A stretch of DNA of 64,000 nucleotides from Endomicrobiales bacterium (GTDB lineage: Bacteria > Elusimicrobiota > Endomicrobiia > Endomicrobiales > JALOBY01). Position 1 is the stretch's first letter; each line of letters opens with the position of its first letter. Positions 18,867 through 28,529 of the stretch are shown one piece after another. The position numbers and the translations under genes are program-made. The stretch is from NCBI GenBank assembly GCA_963796955.1, contig CAWCNJ010000004.1:160001-224000 (forward strand), read 5' to 3'. The notes beneath the pieces are model-generated. The model worked only from the letters and a program-made list of their open reading frames with translations, was not told the DNA's origin and did no database searches.

Positions 18867-21800
18867 ATGGACATCTTTAAAAACAAAAAACCGGCTGAAG
18901 GGACCAACCCCCAGGTGGAGACGCCACGGATGGCAGAGCCCCAGCCGCCAACCGCGCAGCCGCCCGTTCCGGTGATTTCCGACAGCCAGGCTATGGCCGA
19001 GGCCAGGGCCCGCGCGCGTGAACAGTTGAACCTTATGGAGCAAAAGATCGCTCAGGAGCGCGAAGCCTGGTCGCATAAAGTCAAGGAAAAGGCCGAAGAG
19101 CAGGTTTCCTGCAACGCGAAGCTGGATATGCTGGTAAATCGTATCGCTCTTGAACGCGAGCGCCATGAAGCGGAGCTTGTCCTTATGCAGCAGAGCATCG
19201 ACAACGATCTTAAGTCTATCGACGCGGCGCTGGAAGCTGAGACCGCAAAATGGACGGAGCGCCTTTCGTTGAAGGATAAGGATATTGAAGATGCCAGGCA
19301 CCGCTCGGCCTTTGAAGAGACCCAGAAGAAAATAGAGTCTGAACAATCCCTGCGCGCTCTTAAAGTTGAAAAAGACGCGCTGGAACAAAAATTCAAAAGC
19401 CTGCAGCGCTCCATGCTGGAAGAACAAAATAAGTGGCTCGGCCAGATACGGCTGAAAGAAGAAGAGATCGTAAACCTTAAAACACAGATCGCGTTGCACG
19501 AAGAACAGATGAAAACCGACGAAGAAAAGAACACGTTGACCAGGAAGGAGTCGGAAGAAAACTGGCATACGCAGATAAAGGAGCTGGAGGAGCGCCTGGA
19601 TACCCAGCGCACCGACTGGACCCGCGTGCTCGCGAAAAAAGAAGAAGAGCTTTCAGCCATCAAAACAACGCTGGAGCAAAAACTTTCCACCCTTGCGATA
19701 GAGACCGAGCGCAAAGAGAACGATATCCGCCTTCTCAAGACCCGCATGGAAGAACGCATCAAGGCCGCCGAAGAATCCCTGAACGGAGAGAACGCGCGCT
19801 GGCAGCAGCTGCTGGGAGAACGCGATGAGGAGTTTAAAAAACTGCGCGTGGAGCTGATGCTGCGCGACAGTCAGGAAAAAACCGAACGCCAGAAAAAATA
19901 TCAGGACCTTAAAGACGCCGAATCCACCGCCTCCCGCCGGATCCGCGAGGCGAAACAAAAACTGGAAGATGAAAAACAGGTCTGGCAAAAGCGTATAAAC
20001 GATAAAGATGAAGAGCTGAAGAACCTCAAGATCCAGGCCGAGCTTAAGCTGAAAGATATCCAGGACGACCGGGCACTCCGGCAGCGCCGCGCTGAGGAAG
20101 AAAAATCAGCGCTCTCAGCCACGCTCGCAAGCTTGCAGGAAAAACTTGAAGAAGAACGCGTTACTCTGCAAAAAAGCGTTGCGGAAAAAGACGCGGAGAT
20201 AGAAACCTGCCAGCAGCAGTGGCAAAATACGCACGATGCGATGACCCGGGAAGGCGAAGCTCACATCAAAGAGCTGCGGGCGCAAAAAGACAGTTATGAA
20301 AGAGAAGTGCTTGCCCTGGAAGCCCAGCTGGCCCAGGAAAAACAGAAATGGAATACATTGATTCAGGAAAAGGACAAGCAGCTCTCTGTCGCGCGCGCCG
20401 AATATAACGCCAGAGAAGCGCTGGTGCACCAGGAACTGAATATACTGGAAGAACAGTTGCGCAAAGAGCAGCAGCCGCTGCTGCGACAGGTGCACGATAT
20501 TGAAGGAAAAGTAGGGGAATTGCAGCGCGCCGCCCAGATAGAGATATCGCACCGCGAGACCCAGAAAAAATCGTTACAGGATCAATTTCAACGCCGCGAA
20601 GAGAATCTGCGCCAGCGCCTGAATATTCAAATAGAGAAGATCAAGGATTCGGAAAATTCTCTCGCGGGCCGTGTTGCCGAAATAAAGGCGCATATGGACG
20701 CGCAGGGAAAAGAGGCGCAGTCAAGGCTTGAGGCTCTCGAAGAAGAAGGACGTCTGATCTCCGGACAGATGTCGCAGGAACATGAGCGGATAGAGGCTGA
20801 GAAAGCCAAGTTGTCTGAAAAATATTTGTCTGCCAAACTGGAACTTGAAGAGAGTATTAAAAAACTGGAAAACGAATACGACCTGATGCATACGACCTTG
20901 CAAGCTGAAATAGAGGAAAAGACCTCGGAACTTGCCGGCGAAGAGACCCGTCTGCACGCTGCCGAAGAAAGGATCGCAAAAGAAACAGCACAGCGCGAAA
21001 AAGAGTTCGCGGACCTTAAGGCCCGCGGCGACAGCCAGCTGGCGCAGCTGAGCGGCGAACTGGAAGCGCTTAAGAAACGCAATGACACCGATATACGTTC
21101 CCAGGTCGCCCAGCTGGAACTGCTGCGGCGCCAGGGCGCGGCGCGTGAGCAGGAGATGGCGGCGGATATAGAGGTCATCAGGCAGAACTCCGAGTCGGAA
21201 TTGAAACCCATGGCGGACCGCAAGGAGCAGCTGCGCTCACAGCTGGATTCCCTGCGCGCGCAGTCACAGACGAAACTGAAAGCCATCGACGGGCGCATTA
21301 GCGCGCTTCGGGCGCAGCATGACGCTATCGAAAAAGAATTCCTGGGCAGAAAGAACGTCGTCACGGAATCAATAAACGGTGTACAACGTGACAGTGAAGG
21401 AAAACTCCGCGCGCTTCAAAACGAACGCACGGAGCTGGAAGCTGCGTTTGCCCGCGAAATGTTGTTGAAGGAAGAAGAATTCTCAGCTCTCGAAAAAGAA
21501 GTGAACGGGCATGTGCAATTATTACAGCAAAAGAAGGATGCGGAGCGCGAAGAAGCCCGTATGCAGATGGAAAGCATGCGCGCCGACATAGACAAACTGT
21601 ATGAAGAAGTCTCGCGGGTTGAGACGGAATACCCGGAAATACTGGCCACGCGCCAGGAAGAACTGGTTTCTCTTGAAAAACAGGTCAATGAACGCGCGCA
21701 ATATTATCAGAAACAAACCCTTCAGGCGGAAAAATCGCTTGAGAATTATCAGCGTCGGGCCGAAAGCCGCATAGAGACCGTCCGGACGCAGCTGGACCAG

Positions 21801-23753
21801 ATGGTGGCGCGCCATAAGACAGAACTGTCCGTGCTGGAAGCGAAAATAACGGCGGTAAAGAAACAAACGGAAGAAAAAGAGAAGGCGCTCAACGACGAAC
21901 AGAACCGCGAAGGCCGCGTCTTCGTGGATGAAAAATACCGTCTGGAAAAACAGAAGGCCGAGCTGGAAGAAAAATTGAAAGATGTGACCTTCACTTCACG
22001 CGATCAGATAGGGAAAAAGGAAAAAGAGATCTCCGCCCTGCAGCTGGACCTGGCCGCCAAAGAACGCCTGTGGGAAGAGGCATGGCAGAAGAAGGAAATG
22101 GAGTTGGAAGCCGAGCGCGTCGTGCTGACCAGGGAGCAGGAAAGCCTTGAAGTCCGCCTGAAGAACGAGGAACAGATCTCTTCCAGCCGTCTGGCCCAGA
22201 AAGAGAACGAGATACATCAATATATGGCGCAGGCGGAGACACGGCTTAAGGCCCTTGAAGCCGACATCGAAGCTAAACGCGGCGCCTGGGACGAATCTAA
22301 AAAAGCGCTGGTAGAACAAATAACCGCCCATGAAGCGACGCTTGCGACACTGCAGCAGAATTGGCGCGAGAGCATGGCACGCAAGGACAAAGAACATACC
22401 GCGTTGAAGTCCAACCTCGAGTTCTGGGAACTGCGCACCAAGACCGAAGAAGAAAAACGCATGGCGGACTGGGAGAAGGAAAAATTCTCCCTGGAAGAGA
22501 AAGTAAAACACGTTACGGAGCAGATCTCTTCGCTGCAGTACGATTCAGCGGCCAAACTGGCCGAACGTGAAAAACAGCTTAACTCCGACAAAGAATCGGC
22601 ACGGCTGGCGGAGGAATCATCCGCCGCGCAGTGGCGTGAGACCGAGACGATGCTGAGCGGCCAGCGCGATTCCCTGATGCAGGAAGTTTCATCGTGGGAA
22701 AAGAAGATCAAGGACGAGACCGCGCAATATGAAAAGGAAAGCCGGGAGCTGGACAAGGATATTGAAAAACTGAAGCTGGAAAGCGCCCTGAAAGATGCCG
22801 GCATCCAGGCGAGTCGCCACAAACTTGAACGCGACTGGTTCAAGGCGCTGCGCCGGCTGGAAGGGCAGCTGGAGACCGTGAGCCGCCGTTACATCGAAGA
22901 AAAAGATTCCTGGACGGGTAAGATCCACCTGATCGAGGAAGAGATAAATACCTTCAAGGTGCGTCTTGGCATGCGCGAAGACCGCCGCCAGGCCGAGATC
23001 ACACGGCGCCAGGATGAACTGCGCAAGATAATCAACGAACTGGAGAACGAAGTGAAGGGTATGTACGCCAGATACAGCGACGCGGTGCTCGGCAAGAAGG
23101 AGTGGGTGACCAAGCGCAGCCAGCAGCTGGCAGAGCTTCGTGCCCAGCTGGCCGAGAAAGAAACCGTATGGCAGCGCGAGCAGTCGGCGAAAGAAGCTTC
23201 GCTGACCGGTGTCTTCGAGCAGTTCGGCTCCGATCTGTCGGACATGGAAAAGTCGCTGAAGGAAGAAACCGGTAAATTCGAAAAGCTGCTGGGACTGAAA
23301 CAGAAACAATTACAGAATATTATGGCGCAGATGGCCGGCAAGGAAGAGGAGCTGGTGCGCGAGCGTGAATTCAGTCAGAACACCTTAAGCAAATTGCATA
23401 CGAAAGCCGCGGAATTCAAGCAGCAGATAGAAGCTGAGTTGCGGGCTTTGTCGGCGGGCAAACAGGAACAGCGCTCCCATGTGCATATTTTTGACGAGGC
23501 GATGGAGCTGTACTCTCAACAGAACTTTGGCGCCGCCCTTGAACGGCTGGAAGCCCTGGTGAGCCAGCATCCGCGTTTCCCCGGCGCCCTGCAATATATG
23601 GCGCTGTGCAGCTTCGAACAGGGAAAACTTGCCGAGGCGGTGCAGTTCGCCGAACGGGCCTTCGAGCTCGACGGCAGCAATGAGTCTCTCAAGGAATGGA
23701 TACTACAACTCAAACAAGCGGCACGTTCACATATATCAGATTCTAATAATTAA
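18867..23753 (+). CDS. Giant coiled-coil protein with 61-residue periodicity and C-terminal TPR
   Basis: E/K/Q/R/L-rich ORF of ~1630 aa, Pro-rich N-terminus, Trp codons every 183 nt, terminal TPR (AFELDGSNESLKEW). Confidence 0.85.
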   Translation: MDIFKNKKPAEGTNPQVETPRMAEPQPPTAQPPVPVISDSQAMAEARARAREQLNLMEQKIAQEREAWSHKVKEKAEEQVSCNAKLDMLVNRIALERERHEAELVLMQQSIDNDLKSIDAALEAETAKWTERLSLKDKDIEDARHRSAFEETQKKIESEQSLRALKVEKDALEQKFKSLQRSMLEEQNKWLGQIRLKEEEIVNLKTQIALHEEQMKTDEEKNTLTRKESEENWHTQIKELEERLDTQRTDWTRVLAKKEEELSAIKTTLEQKLSTLAIETERKENDIRLLKTRMEERIKAAEESLNGENARWQQLLGERDEEFKKLRVELMLRDSQEKTERQKKYQDLKDAESTASRRIREAKQKLEDEKQVWQKRINDKDEELKNLKIQAELKLKDIQDDRALRQRRAEEEKSALSATLASLQEKLEEERVTLQKSVAEKDAEIETCQQQWQNTHDAMTREGEAHIKELRAQKDSYEREVLALEAQLAQEKQKWNTLIQEKDKQLSVARAEYNAREALVHQELNILEEQLRKEQQPLLRQVHDIEGKVGELQRAAQIEISHRETQKKSLQDQFQRREENLRQRLNIQIEKIKDSENSLAGRVAEIKAHMDAQGKEAQSRLEALEEEGRLISGQMSQEHERIEAEKAKLSEKYLSAKLELEESIKKLENEYDLMHTTLQAEIEEKTSELAGEETRLHAAEERIAKETAQREKEFADLKARGDSQLAQLSGELEALKKRNDTDIRSQVAQLELLRRQGAAREQEMAADIEVIRQNSESELKPMADRKEQLRSQLDSLRAQSQTKLKAIDGRISALRAQHDAIEKEFLGRKNVVTESINGVQRDSEGKLRALQNERTELEAAFAREMLLKEEEFSALEKEVNGHVQLLQQKKDAEREEARMQMESMRADIDKLYEEVSRVETEYPEILATRQEELVSLEKQVNERAQYYQKQTLQAEKSLENYQRRAESRIETVRTQLDQMVARHKTELSVLEAKITAVKKQTEEKEKALNDEQNREGRVFVDEKYRLEKQKAELEEKLKDVTFTSRDQIGKKEKEISALQLDLAAKERLWEEAWQKKEMELEAERVVLTREQESLEVRLKNEEQISSSRLAQKENEIHQYMAQAETRLKALEADIEAKRGAWDESKKALVEQITAHEATLATLQQNWRESMARKDKEHTALKSNLEFWELRTKTEEEKRMADWEKEKFSLEEKVKHVTEQISSLQYDSAAKLAEREKQLNSDKESARLAEESSAAQWRETETMLSGQRDSLMQEVSSWEKKIKDETAQYEKESRELDKDIEKLKLESALKDAGIQASRHKLERDWFKALRRLEGQLETVSRRYIEEKDSWTGKIHLIEEEINTFKVRLGMREDRRQAEITRRQDELRKIINELENEVKGMYARYSDAVLGKKEWVTKRSQQLAELRAQLAEKETVWQREQSAKEASLTGVFEQFGSDLSDMEKSLKEETGKFEKLLGLKQKQLQNIMAQMAGKEEELVREREFSQNTLSKLHTKAAEFKQQIEAELRALSAGKQEQRSHVHIFDEAMELYSQQNFGAALERLEALVSQHPRFPGALQYMALCSFEQGKLAEAVQFAERAFELDGSNESLKEWILQLKQAARSHISDSNN

Positions 23754-23775
23754 CTAACCCTTCAGGGAGGATGTC

Positions 23776-26700
23776 ATGGCCGACGAAAAGTTACCAAAAG
23801 TTCCACCGTTACCGCCCGCAAGACCAGCCGGGAGCGGACCAACCCCGCCGAAGCCGCCTATGCCGGGGGCCGGTGCCAACCCGCCCGCGGTGAAACCGGC
23901 GTTGCCGGGTAAGCCCGCGATAAATCCGGCGGCGGCGCCGCGCCCTATGCCCGGGCAGGCGGCTCGTCCTCCTGTGAACACCCAAACCCAGCGAAACGTA
24001 ACGCCGGCCCAGCCGTCCACCGGCTATTCTGAGGTTGACGATGCCCGCAACGCGCTGGAAGGCCAGATAAACGAACTGCAAAAACAACTGCAGTCCGAAC
24101 GCGAGAAGCTGCTGCTGCAGACCGTGCGCGCAAAGAAGAAGAAGCGATGTCGGCCAAAGTTGAAGAATCGATCAAGGATATTCAGGAACGTGTCCGCCGG
24201 GAAAAACGCGATCAGGAATTGCAGGAATCGCTGGCGAAGGCCGAAGCGTACAATAAAGAGATGGAGGCGCGCCTTGCCGCCGAGCGCCAGACCTGGGTGG
24301 AGACCCTTAAAACGCAGATCGGCCAGAAAGATTCGCAGGAAAAAGAAGTGGAATACCAGTTCGAGCTGCGCATGAAGGAGCTGGAACGCCGCTGGCATGA
24401 GGAAAAACTCGCCTGGTCGCAGGCCATCAAAGCGAAAGACGAAGAGGTGATACGTCTGCACCGTGAAAAAGAGAGCGCGGTAGGCGAAGAGCGCGCAGCT
24501 TCCGAGAAACGGGTAACCGAACTTACCCGGGAACGCGAGTCCCTGCAGCGTGAGCTGATCGATGTACGCGATGTACGCCAGGAAGAGCGCAGCTCGCTTC
24601 TGGAAAAACTTGAGGGCCGCGATAAGGAGTTCATGGGCCTGAAGGCCCAGCAGGCGATGCTGGTGACCCAGGTGCGCGAAGCTAAAGACAAACAGGACCA
24701 GATGCGCCAGCTGCTGGAAAAATTCCGCGCTGAAAAAGAGAACCTGCATTCGCTGCTGGAAAATAAGGATAAAGAGTTCTACCTGTTCAAAACGCAGTTC
24801 GCCCTCTACCAGACCCGCTCAAAATCGGAGCAGGAAAAGCTGCTTAAGGAACTGGTATTGTTCAAAGATCAGATGGGCAAGGACGCGCAGCAATATTCCA
24901 GCGTCCTGCGCGCCAAAGAAGAAGAGATGAACCTGCTGCGTCGCGCTAACGAAGGCAGGGAAAGCGAGATCCGTAACCAGTTGGAAAAGAAAGAACAGGA
25001 AGTCGCCTCAACGGCGGCGCAATACGAGGCTCGCATAAAAACGCGCGAAGCCGAACTGCGTTACGAACTGGAACGCAAGGAAACGGAACTTAAAGGTCAG
25101 ATAGTCCATATTGAAGAACAGGTCAGAGCGCGCGTCGGTGAAATTGAGAACCTGAAAGAACGTCATACCGAGCAGCTGCGCGCCAGGGACGGCGATATAA
25201 AGAGCGCGGCGGAAAAACTGGCGGCTATGCAGGTGGAAGTTGCCGTTGCCAGACAAAATACACAGTCCGCCGAACAGCGTATGGCGCTTGCACAATCAGA
25301 GGCTGCCAGGCTCAAGGAGATCATAGAAGAAAAAGAAGTTGACGCGGCTTCCGCACAGGCACAGTTCACCGCCCGCCTTGAGCAGGCTGCTTCCGAAGTG
25401 CGTCAGGCGACCGAACGCGAACAGGCGCTGCGCCTTGAGCTGGCTGTCGCCCGGCAGAACATGCAGGTTTTTGAAACCCGCATAGCAGCGGCGCAGTCGG
25501 AAGTTGCCGGGCTTAAAGAAGTGATCGCGAGAAAAGACGCTGAAGCTTCTGAGCGCCAATCGGAGTTCAGCTCACGCCTGGAGCAGGCGGCATCGCAGCT
25601 GCGCTCCGTGCAGGAACGGGAGCAGACGCTGAAAGTAGAACTGGCTTCTGCGGCCGCCGTGCGCCATGATCTTGAAAAAGCGGTGGAGAGAGAACACGAG
25701 GAAGCGGAGCGCCAAAAAGCTCAGATCGTTGAAAATGAAAATCTTTACCGGAACGGCTTATCCCAGAAAGATACGGTCATCAGCGCCAAAGAACTTGAAC
25801 TTGCCGGCATGCGTGAAACAATAGCGGCTCTTCGTATGGAACTGGTTAAAAACGAAAGTATGCAGCGCGAGCTTACCGTGGCGAATGACCGTCTTGACGT
25901 GGCATTATCCCAGGCAAACGCGGCCTTAAGCGATCGCGATATGCGCCTCGCCAGGGCCGGCGACAGGGAGAAGGGCCTTGCTGATACTATCAACGAACAT
26001 GTCAATGAATTGTCCGCTGTCCGCGCAAGCCTTGCCGCGGTTGAAAATGAAGCGGCCGCGTTGCGCGGCGCGATAACCGAACGGGACGGCCGGATAAAGG
26101 AAGGCGACCGCAAGGAAGACGAACTGCGCGCTCAACTCCTTTCGAAAGAAGGTGAGATCAACACCCTGCGCGAGACGATGCAGCAGCGCGAGGCGATGCT
26201 GGTGACGGTGCAGACCCAGGCCGAACGCCGCGAGAACGACATGAAGATCGCCTTCGCCCAGCGTGATGCCGAACTGAACAACCGCTGCGCGGCCCTTGAG
26301 GCGACGCTGGTTGAGAAAGACCGTTTCCTCGCCGGTTCCGCCGAAAAAGAACGCGCCTTATCGAACGCCCTGGCGAAAGAAGAGGAAAAAGTTTCCGAGC
26401 AGCTGGAACACGTGAGGGAACTTGTTTCAAGAGAGAACGAGCTCAAGATGTCTCTTAACCAGAAAGAGAACGCGTATGCCGCTGAACGCGCCGCGATAGA
26501 ATCGCGCATAGCGGAGCGCGACCGCCAGCTTACCCAGCAGGCGCAGGCGTTTGAGGCTGAGCGCAGAAAATACGAAGAAGCCGTCTCACGGGCGGAACGT
26601 TCATTGCAGGAAGCTTCAGCGGCCGCTCAGCTGCAGCTTGCCTCCCGTGAAAAAGAGATCGAACGCCTTAACAGCGCGGTAGCGGCCGCCCAGCATGCGG

Positions 26701-27848
26701 TCAATGCCGCCAAACAGGAAAACGCCCTGCATGAGCAGGAATTGCAGCTGGGCGCAAAACAGCGCGAAGCCGCTCTGCTTATTGATATAACCAACGCCCG
26801 GGAAAAAGCTAAGAAGGCCGAGCAGGTCCTCAGCGATTCTCAGCGTCAGCACCAGCATCTGCTGCTGTCACAGGAACAGAACGCGATGCAGCGCGAGGCG
26901 GCGTTGAGCGCGGAAAAGAACGCGGCAAAAGAGCTTCTGGCCGGCCTGAAAGCCGATAACGATACCCTGCGGCGCGAAGGCGAAAAAATGCTCGCCGAAG
27001 TGAACGCCAGTCAGCATCGCATGAACGAGGTAAAGGAATTATACGAGCGGCAGCTGAGAGCCAAGGAAGAAGATCTGGCCCAAATTAAGGCGAACAGGCT
27101 GGCGTTCGAAGACTCTGTGCGCCACCAGATCAATGAAGAATACCGCCGGCATCTGGAAGGGGTGCAGAGGGAAAAGCAGGACGGCGAACGCGCCTTCATG
27201 AACCAGATACAGACCCTGAGGGACACCATGCGTACCGACCTGCTGCACGTGCAGGAAACCATGACCCGCGACCACTCGCAGCTGGAACGCCAGCTGCAGG
27301 AAAAAGAGGCCCGGCTGCACGAACTCCAGCAGGCTTTAAAAGACGAAGCATTACGCGAGCAGGAACAGAAAACCGCCCTGGACAAGAATGTTGAGAGGGT
27401 GCGGGAAGAATACAAGGCATTGCTTGCAGAAGAAACAAGAAAACATGAAATGGAGCGCGATGTAATAGCGCGCAATACCAAGCATATAGACGATGAGTGT
27501 TCTTCGCTGCGCCAGAGAGCAGAGGGGCTAGCCTTTCAATTAAAACAGGCGAATGATACCCTGCAGGGGAAAAATAAGGAAGTCATGACCCTTCAGGAAA
27601 ATCTTGACACCCTGACCATTCAAAACAGGAAGCAGGCACAGTATTCTTCTAACGATGCCGCCGCGAAAACGGCTAAATTCGGCCCGGAAGACACCGTTAT
27701 ACTTGAGCCGCATGTTCCCCAGCCGCAGATCCAGCAGCCGGCGCCAGCAAAGCAGCGTAAACCGCTGATAGGCCGTATCTGGGATAATTTGAACGAACCC
27801 GTCATAGAGATCGGCGGAGATAACATGAAGAAGAAAGACCATGAATAA
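23776..27848 (+). CDS. Large coiled-coil protein with Pro-rich N-terminus (~1357 aa once the frameshift at ~24132 is corrected)
   Basis: GGAGG RBS before 23776. One missing A in gcaaagaa joins ORF 23776.. to ORF 24147..27848 (…VRAKEEEAMSAKVEE…). Confidence 0.8.
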
Positions 27849-28509
27849 CGAACTGCATAAGCTTAGAGAAAAATGGGAAGCGTCTTTCAGCGCTCTGGAA
27901 TGCACGGCGCGCGGTGCCGGCAGCAGCGATGCTTTCCGCAACAATGAATTCGCATTGCTGCGCGAGGAGGTGGGCGCGCTCAAGGCTGAACTGGTGGAAG
28001 CCAGGCGTGAGCGGGAAGCGTCCCGGTACGCGGACACCCGCGCGAGTGAGCTGGAAAACGCCATACGCCTGCAAACGCTGGACAACGAGAATAACAGGCG
28101 TGCTCTGGAAGAACTGTGCCGGAGCCGCGTTCAGGAAGAAAACCTTTCCGTCCAGGCGGCGGAAAAGGCGGCGAAAACGATCGCCGGTGAAAAAGAACGT
28201 GCCGAAAGCCTTGCCGAAGAATTGTTCTTTGCACGTGCCGAAAATGAGGCGTTACGGCAGCGTGTCGCGGCCGCCGATGCAGCCGCGTGCGATGCCCGCG
28301 CCGCAGCCGTGGAACGCGAGAAGTCATTTTCCGGCCTGCTTGAGCGGCTTAACCGCGCCGAATCAGAGTGTGAGCGCATCTCACAGAATTTTATCCAATA
28401 CCGGATGGAAATAATCACCCGCGGCAACAAAGAAGAACGCCATCGCCGCCATAGCGAGCCGGTCCTGGGTGAGAAGATCATATCCTGGCTGTCCAACAAA
28501 GAGCGTTAA
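27841..28509 (+). CDS. Coiled-coil hypothetical protein
   Basis: 222-aa heptad-rich ORF overlapping the upstream stop. Confidence 0.7.
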   Translation: MNNELHKLREKWEASFSALECTARGAGSSDAFRNNEFALLREEVGALKAELVEARREREASRYADTRASELENAIRLQTLDNENNRRALEELCRSRVQEENLSVQAAEKAAKTIAGEKERAESLAEELFFARAENEALRQRVAAADAAACDARAAAVEREKSFSGLLERLNRAESECERISQNFIQYRMEIITRGNKEERHRRHSEPVLGEKIISWLSNKER

Positions 28510-28529
28510 GACATAATTAAAGGGGAAGT

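Noticed and set aside
15741..27481. Many long minus-strand ORFs opposite the coiled-coil and barrel genes
   Set aside because: Antisense shadows (F/L/S-rich) produced by the biased codon usage of the real genes
18867..27848. SMC/SbcC or tape-measure annotation for the coiled-coil proteins
   Set aside because: No Walker A/B, signature motif or hinge, and no phage tail gene context
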